The notes beneath the pieces were generated by a model, which searched no databases, had not been told where the DNA came from, and saw only the letters and a program-made list of their open reading frames with translations. DNA of 64,000 nt, taken from assembly GCA_964016885.1 (NCBI GenBank), contig OZ024755.1, positions 43,028,001 through 43,092,000 of the forward strand. Reading direction: 5' to 3'. The DNA comes from Eledone cirrhosa. Lineage: Eukaryota. The translations under genes and the position numbers were made by a program. How positions within the stretch are numbered: position 1 is the stretch's first letter; each line of letters begins with the position of its first letter. Below are positions 61,501 through 64,000 of the stretch, one piece after another.

Positions 61501-63720
61501 GGCTGTGTGTGATGGTAAGGGTGTTGGATGTGGAGATGGTTATGGGCTGTGTGTGATGGTGAGGGTGCTGGGTGTGGAGGTGGTTATGTGCTGTGTGTGA
61601 TGGTGAGGGTGCTGGGTGTGGAGGTGGTTATGGGCTGTGTGTGATGGTGCGGGTGTTGGGTGTGGAGGTGGTTATGGGCTGTGTGTGATGGTGAGGGTGT
61701 TGGGTGTGGAGGTGGTTATGGGCTGTGTGTGATGGTGAGGGTGTTGGGTGTGGAGGTGATTATGGGCTGTGTGTGATGGTGCGGGTGTTGGGTGTGTAGG
61801 TGGTTATGGGCTGTGTGTGATGGTGAGGGTGTTGGGTGTGGAGGTGGTTATGGGCTGTGTGTGATGGTGAGGGTGTTGGGCGTGGAGGTGGTTATGGGCT
61901 GTGTGTGATGGTGAGGGTGTTGGGTGTGGAGGTGGTTATGGGCTGTGTGTGATAGTGAGGGAGCTGGGTGTGGAGGTGGTTATGGGCTGTGTGTGATGGT
62001 GAGGGTGCTGGGTGTGTAGGTGGTTATGGGCTGTGTGTGATGGTGTTGGGTCTGGAGGTGGTTATGTGCTGTGTGTGATGGTGAGGGTGCTGGGTGTGGA
62101 GGTGGTTATGGGCTTTGTGTGATGGTGAGGGTGCTGGGTGTGGAGGTGGTTATGGGCTGTGTGTGATGGTGAGGGTGCTGGGTGTGAAGGTGGTTATGGG
62201 CTGTGTGATGGTGAGGGTGTTGGGTGTGGAGGTGGTTATGTGCTGTGTGTGATGGTGGGGGTGTTGGGTGTGGAGATGGTTATGGGCTGTGTGTGATGGT
62301 GAGGGTGTTGGGTGTGGAGGCGGTTATGGGCTGTGTGTGATGGTGAGGGTGGTGGGTGTGGAGGTGGTTATGGGCTGTGTGTGATGGTGAGGGTGGTGGG
62401 TGTGGATGTGGTTATGGGCTGTGTGTGAAGGCAAGGATGTTGGGTGTGGAGATGGTTATGGGCTGTGTGTGATGGTGAGGGTGCTGGGTGTGGAGGTGGT
62501 TATGTGCTGTGTGTTATGGTGAGGGTGTTGGGTGTGGAGGTGGTTATGTGCTGTGTGTGATGGTGAGGGTGCTGGGTGTGGAGGTGGTTATGGGCTGTGT
62601 GTGATGGTGGGGGTGTTGGGTGTGGAGGTGGTTATGGGCTGTGTGTGATGGTGAGGGTGTTGGGTGTGGAGGTGGTTATGTGCTGTGTGTGATGGTGAGG
62701 GTGTTGGGTGTGGAGATGGTTATGGGCTGTGTGTGATGGTGGGGGTGTTGGGTGTGGAGGTGGTTATGGGCTGTGTGTGATGGTGAGGGTGTTGGGTGTG
62801 GAGGTGGTTATGTGCTGTGTGTGATGGTGAGGGTGTTGGGTGTGGAGGTGGTTATGGGCTGTGTGTGATGGTGGGGGTGTTGGGTGTGGAGGTGGTTATG
62901 GGCTGTGTGTGATGGTGAGGGTGTTGGGTGTGGAGGTGGTTATGTGCTGTGTGTGATGGTGAGGGTGTTGGGTGTGGAGGTGGTTATGGGCTGTGTGTGA
63001 TGGTGTTGGGTGTGGAGGTGGTTATGTGCTGTGTGTGATGGTAAGGGTGTTGGGTGTGGAGGTGGTTATGGGCTGTGTGATGGTGTTGGGTGTGGAGGTG
63101 GTTATGTGCTGTGTGTGATGGTGAGGGTGCTGGGTGTGGAGGTGGTTATAGGCTGTGTGTGATGATAAGGGTGTTGGGTGTGGAGGTGGTTATGGGCTGT
63201 GTGTGATGGTGTTGGGTGTGGAGGTGGTTATGTGCTGTGTGTGATGGTGAGGGTGCTGGGTGTGGAGGTGGTTATGGGCTGTGTGTGATGGTGAGGGTGC
63301 TGGGTGTGGAGGTGGTTATGGGCTGTGTGTGATGGTGAGGGTGCTGTGTGTGGAGGTGATTATGGGCTGTGTGTGATGGTGAGGGTGCTTGGTGTGGAGG
63401 TGGTTATGGGCTGTGTGTGATGGTGGGGGTGTTGGGTGTGGAGGTGGTTATGGTCTGTGTGTGATGGTGAGGGTGCTGGGTGTGGAGGTGATTATGGGCT
63501 GTGTGTGATGGTGAGGGTGCTGGGTGTGGAGGTGGTTATGGGCTGTGTGTGATGGTGAGGATGTTGGGTGTGGAGGTGGTTATGTGCTGTGTGTGATGGT
63601 GAGGGTGTTGGGTGTGGAGGTGGTTATGGGTTGTGTGTGATGGTGAGGGTGTTGGGTGTGGAGGTGGTTATGGGCTGTGTGTGATGGTGAGGGTGGTGGG
63701 TGTGGAGGTGGTTATGGGCT
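58600..63720 (+). repeat. Near-tandem duplication (offset 2732, then 2688) with an internal 302-bp (7 monomers minus 6 bp) tandem at ~61030-61630
   Basis: ctgtgggtgat 58645/61075/61377, gatggtgcgg 58911/61643, aggcaaggat 59741/62429, taggctg 60461/63149. Confidence 0.88.
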
Positions 63721-64000
63721 GTGTGTGATGGTGAGGGTGCTGGGTGTGGTGATGTTTATGGGCTCTGTGTGATGGTGAGGGTGTTGGGTGTGGAGGTGGT
63801 TATGGGCTGTGTGTGATGGTGAGGGGGCTGGGTGTGGAGGTGGTTATGGGCTGTGTGTGATGGTGAGGGTGTTGGTGTGGAGGTGGTTATGGGCTGTGTG
63901 TGATGGTGAGGGTGCTGGGTATGGAGGTGGTTATGTGCTGTGTGTGATGGTGAGGGTGTTGGGTGTGGAGGTGGTTATGGGCTGTGTGTGATGGTGAGGG

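Larger units (their letters stand above)
1..64000 (+). repeat. Tandem satellite/minisatellite array of a 44-bp G/T-rich monomer, ~1,450 copies, open at both window edges
   Basis: Bases 1-44 (gtgtgtgatggtgagggtgttgggtgtggaggtggttatgggct) restart at 45 and recur in the same orientation to 64000. Most copies differ from consensus by 0-3 substitutions, with occasional small indels. Confidence 0.99.

Noticed and set aside
14452-63991. 26 short + strand ORFs (60-111 aa, Cys/Gly/Val/Trp-rich, superficially like keratin-associated or glycine-rich proteins)
   Set aside because: All are translations of the satellite. Because 44 is not a multiple of 3, every frame cycles through the same 44-codon peptide and hits TGA-TGG-TGA every 132 bp. 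ORFs pass 60 aa only where an indel or the gctggtcagg variant skips a stop, and their starts are near-cognate codons inside the repeat.
1-64000. Minus-strand mucin-like or His-rich translation (AHNHLHTQHPHHHTQPITTSTPNTLTITHSP*)
   Set aside because: TAA every 132 bp in each frame, a unit length that is not a multiple of 3, and tolerated frameshifting indels. Coding mucin VNTRs keep frame.
1-64000. Giant ORF under a UGA-recoding genetic code or selenocysteine read-through, since TGA is the only + strand stop in the consensus
   Set aside because: Explained by A-poor composition. TAG and TAA variants (tgatagtg, ggtaagg, gctagg) and 1-2 bp indels are spread freely, with no codon-position bias noticed and no supporting context.
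1-64000. CRISPR array or other repeat-spacer system
   Set aside because: No unique spacers; monomers abut directly, lack a palindrome, and no cas or other genes are present.
1-64000. Canonical telomerase-synthesised telomere tract or simple microsatellite
   Set aside because: The unit is a complex 44-mer, perfect TTAGGG was seen only in one rare variant, and variants propagate in multi-kb blocks.
1-64000. Z-DNA, hairpins, terminators or structured ncRNA
   Set aside because: Alternating GT runs are only about 8 bp. With almost no C or A on the + strand, Watson-Crick stems and inverted repeats cannot form; no inverted monomers were seen.
1-64000. Embedded transposon, gene fragment or unique-sequence island
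   Set aside because: Reading through the window found no non-monomer sequence; all deviations are substitutions or indels of 21 bp or less.

Overview
The whole 64-kb window is one uninterrupted head-to-tail tandem array (satellite or very long minisatellite) of a 44-bp monomer, consensus GTGTGTGATGGTGAGGGTG(T/C)TGGGTGTGGAGGTGGTTATG(G/T)GCT, about 1,450 copies. I saw no unique flank, inversion or insertion. The + strand is extremely G/T-rich (G24 T15 A4 C1 per monomer, no CpG in the consensus). No genes, RNA genes, mobile elements or CRISPR arrays are supported; all listed ORFs are translations of the repeat. The informative structure is in the monomer variants. The monomer is itself a diverged dimer of a 21-23-bp unit. 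Rare variants trace a nested mosaic of tandem and dispersed block duplications with offsets from 132 bp to 10.9 kb, including an exact 75-monomer (3300-bp) higher-order unit. The array splits into three variant-defined sub-domains. Telomere-like, G-quadruplex and KLF/CACCC-box motifs are present, but any function is inference. Organism and chromosomal position cannot be determined from this window. Block boundaries were read by eye and are approximate; marker offsets were counted from the line coordinates.
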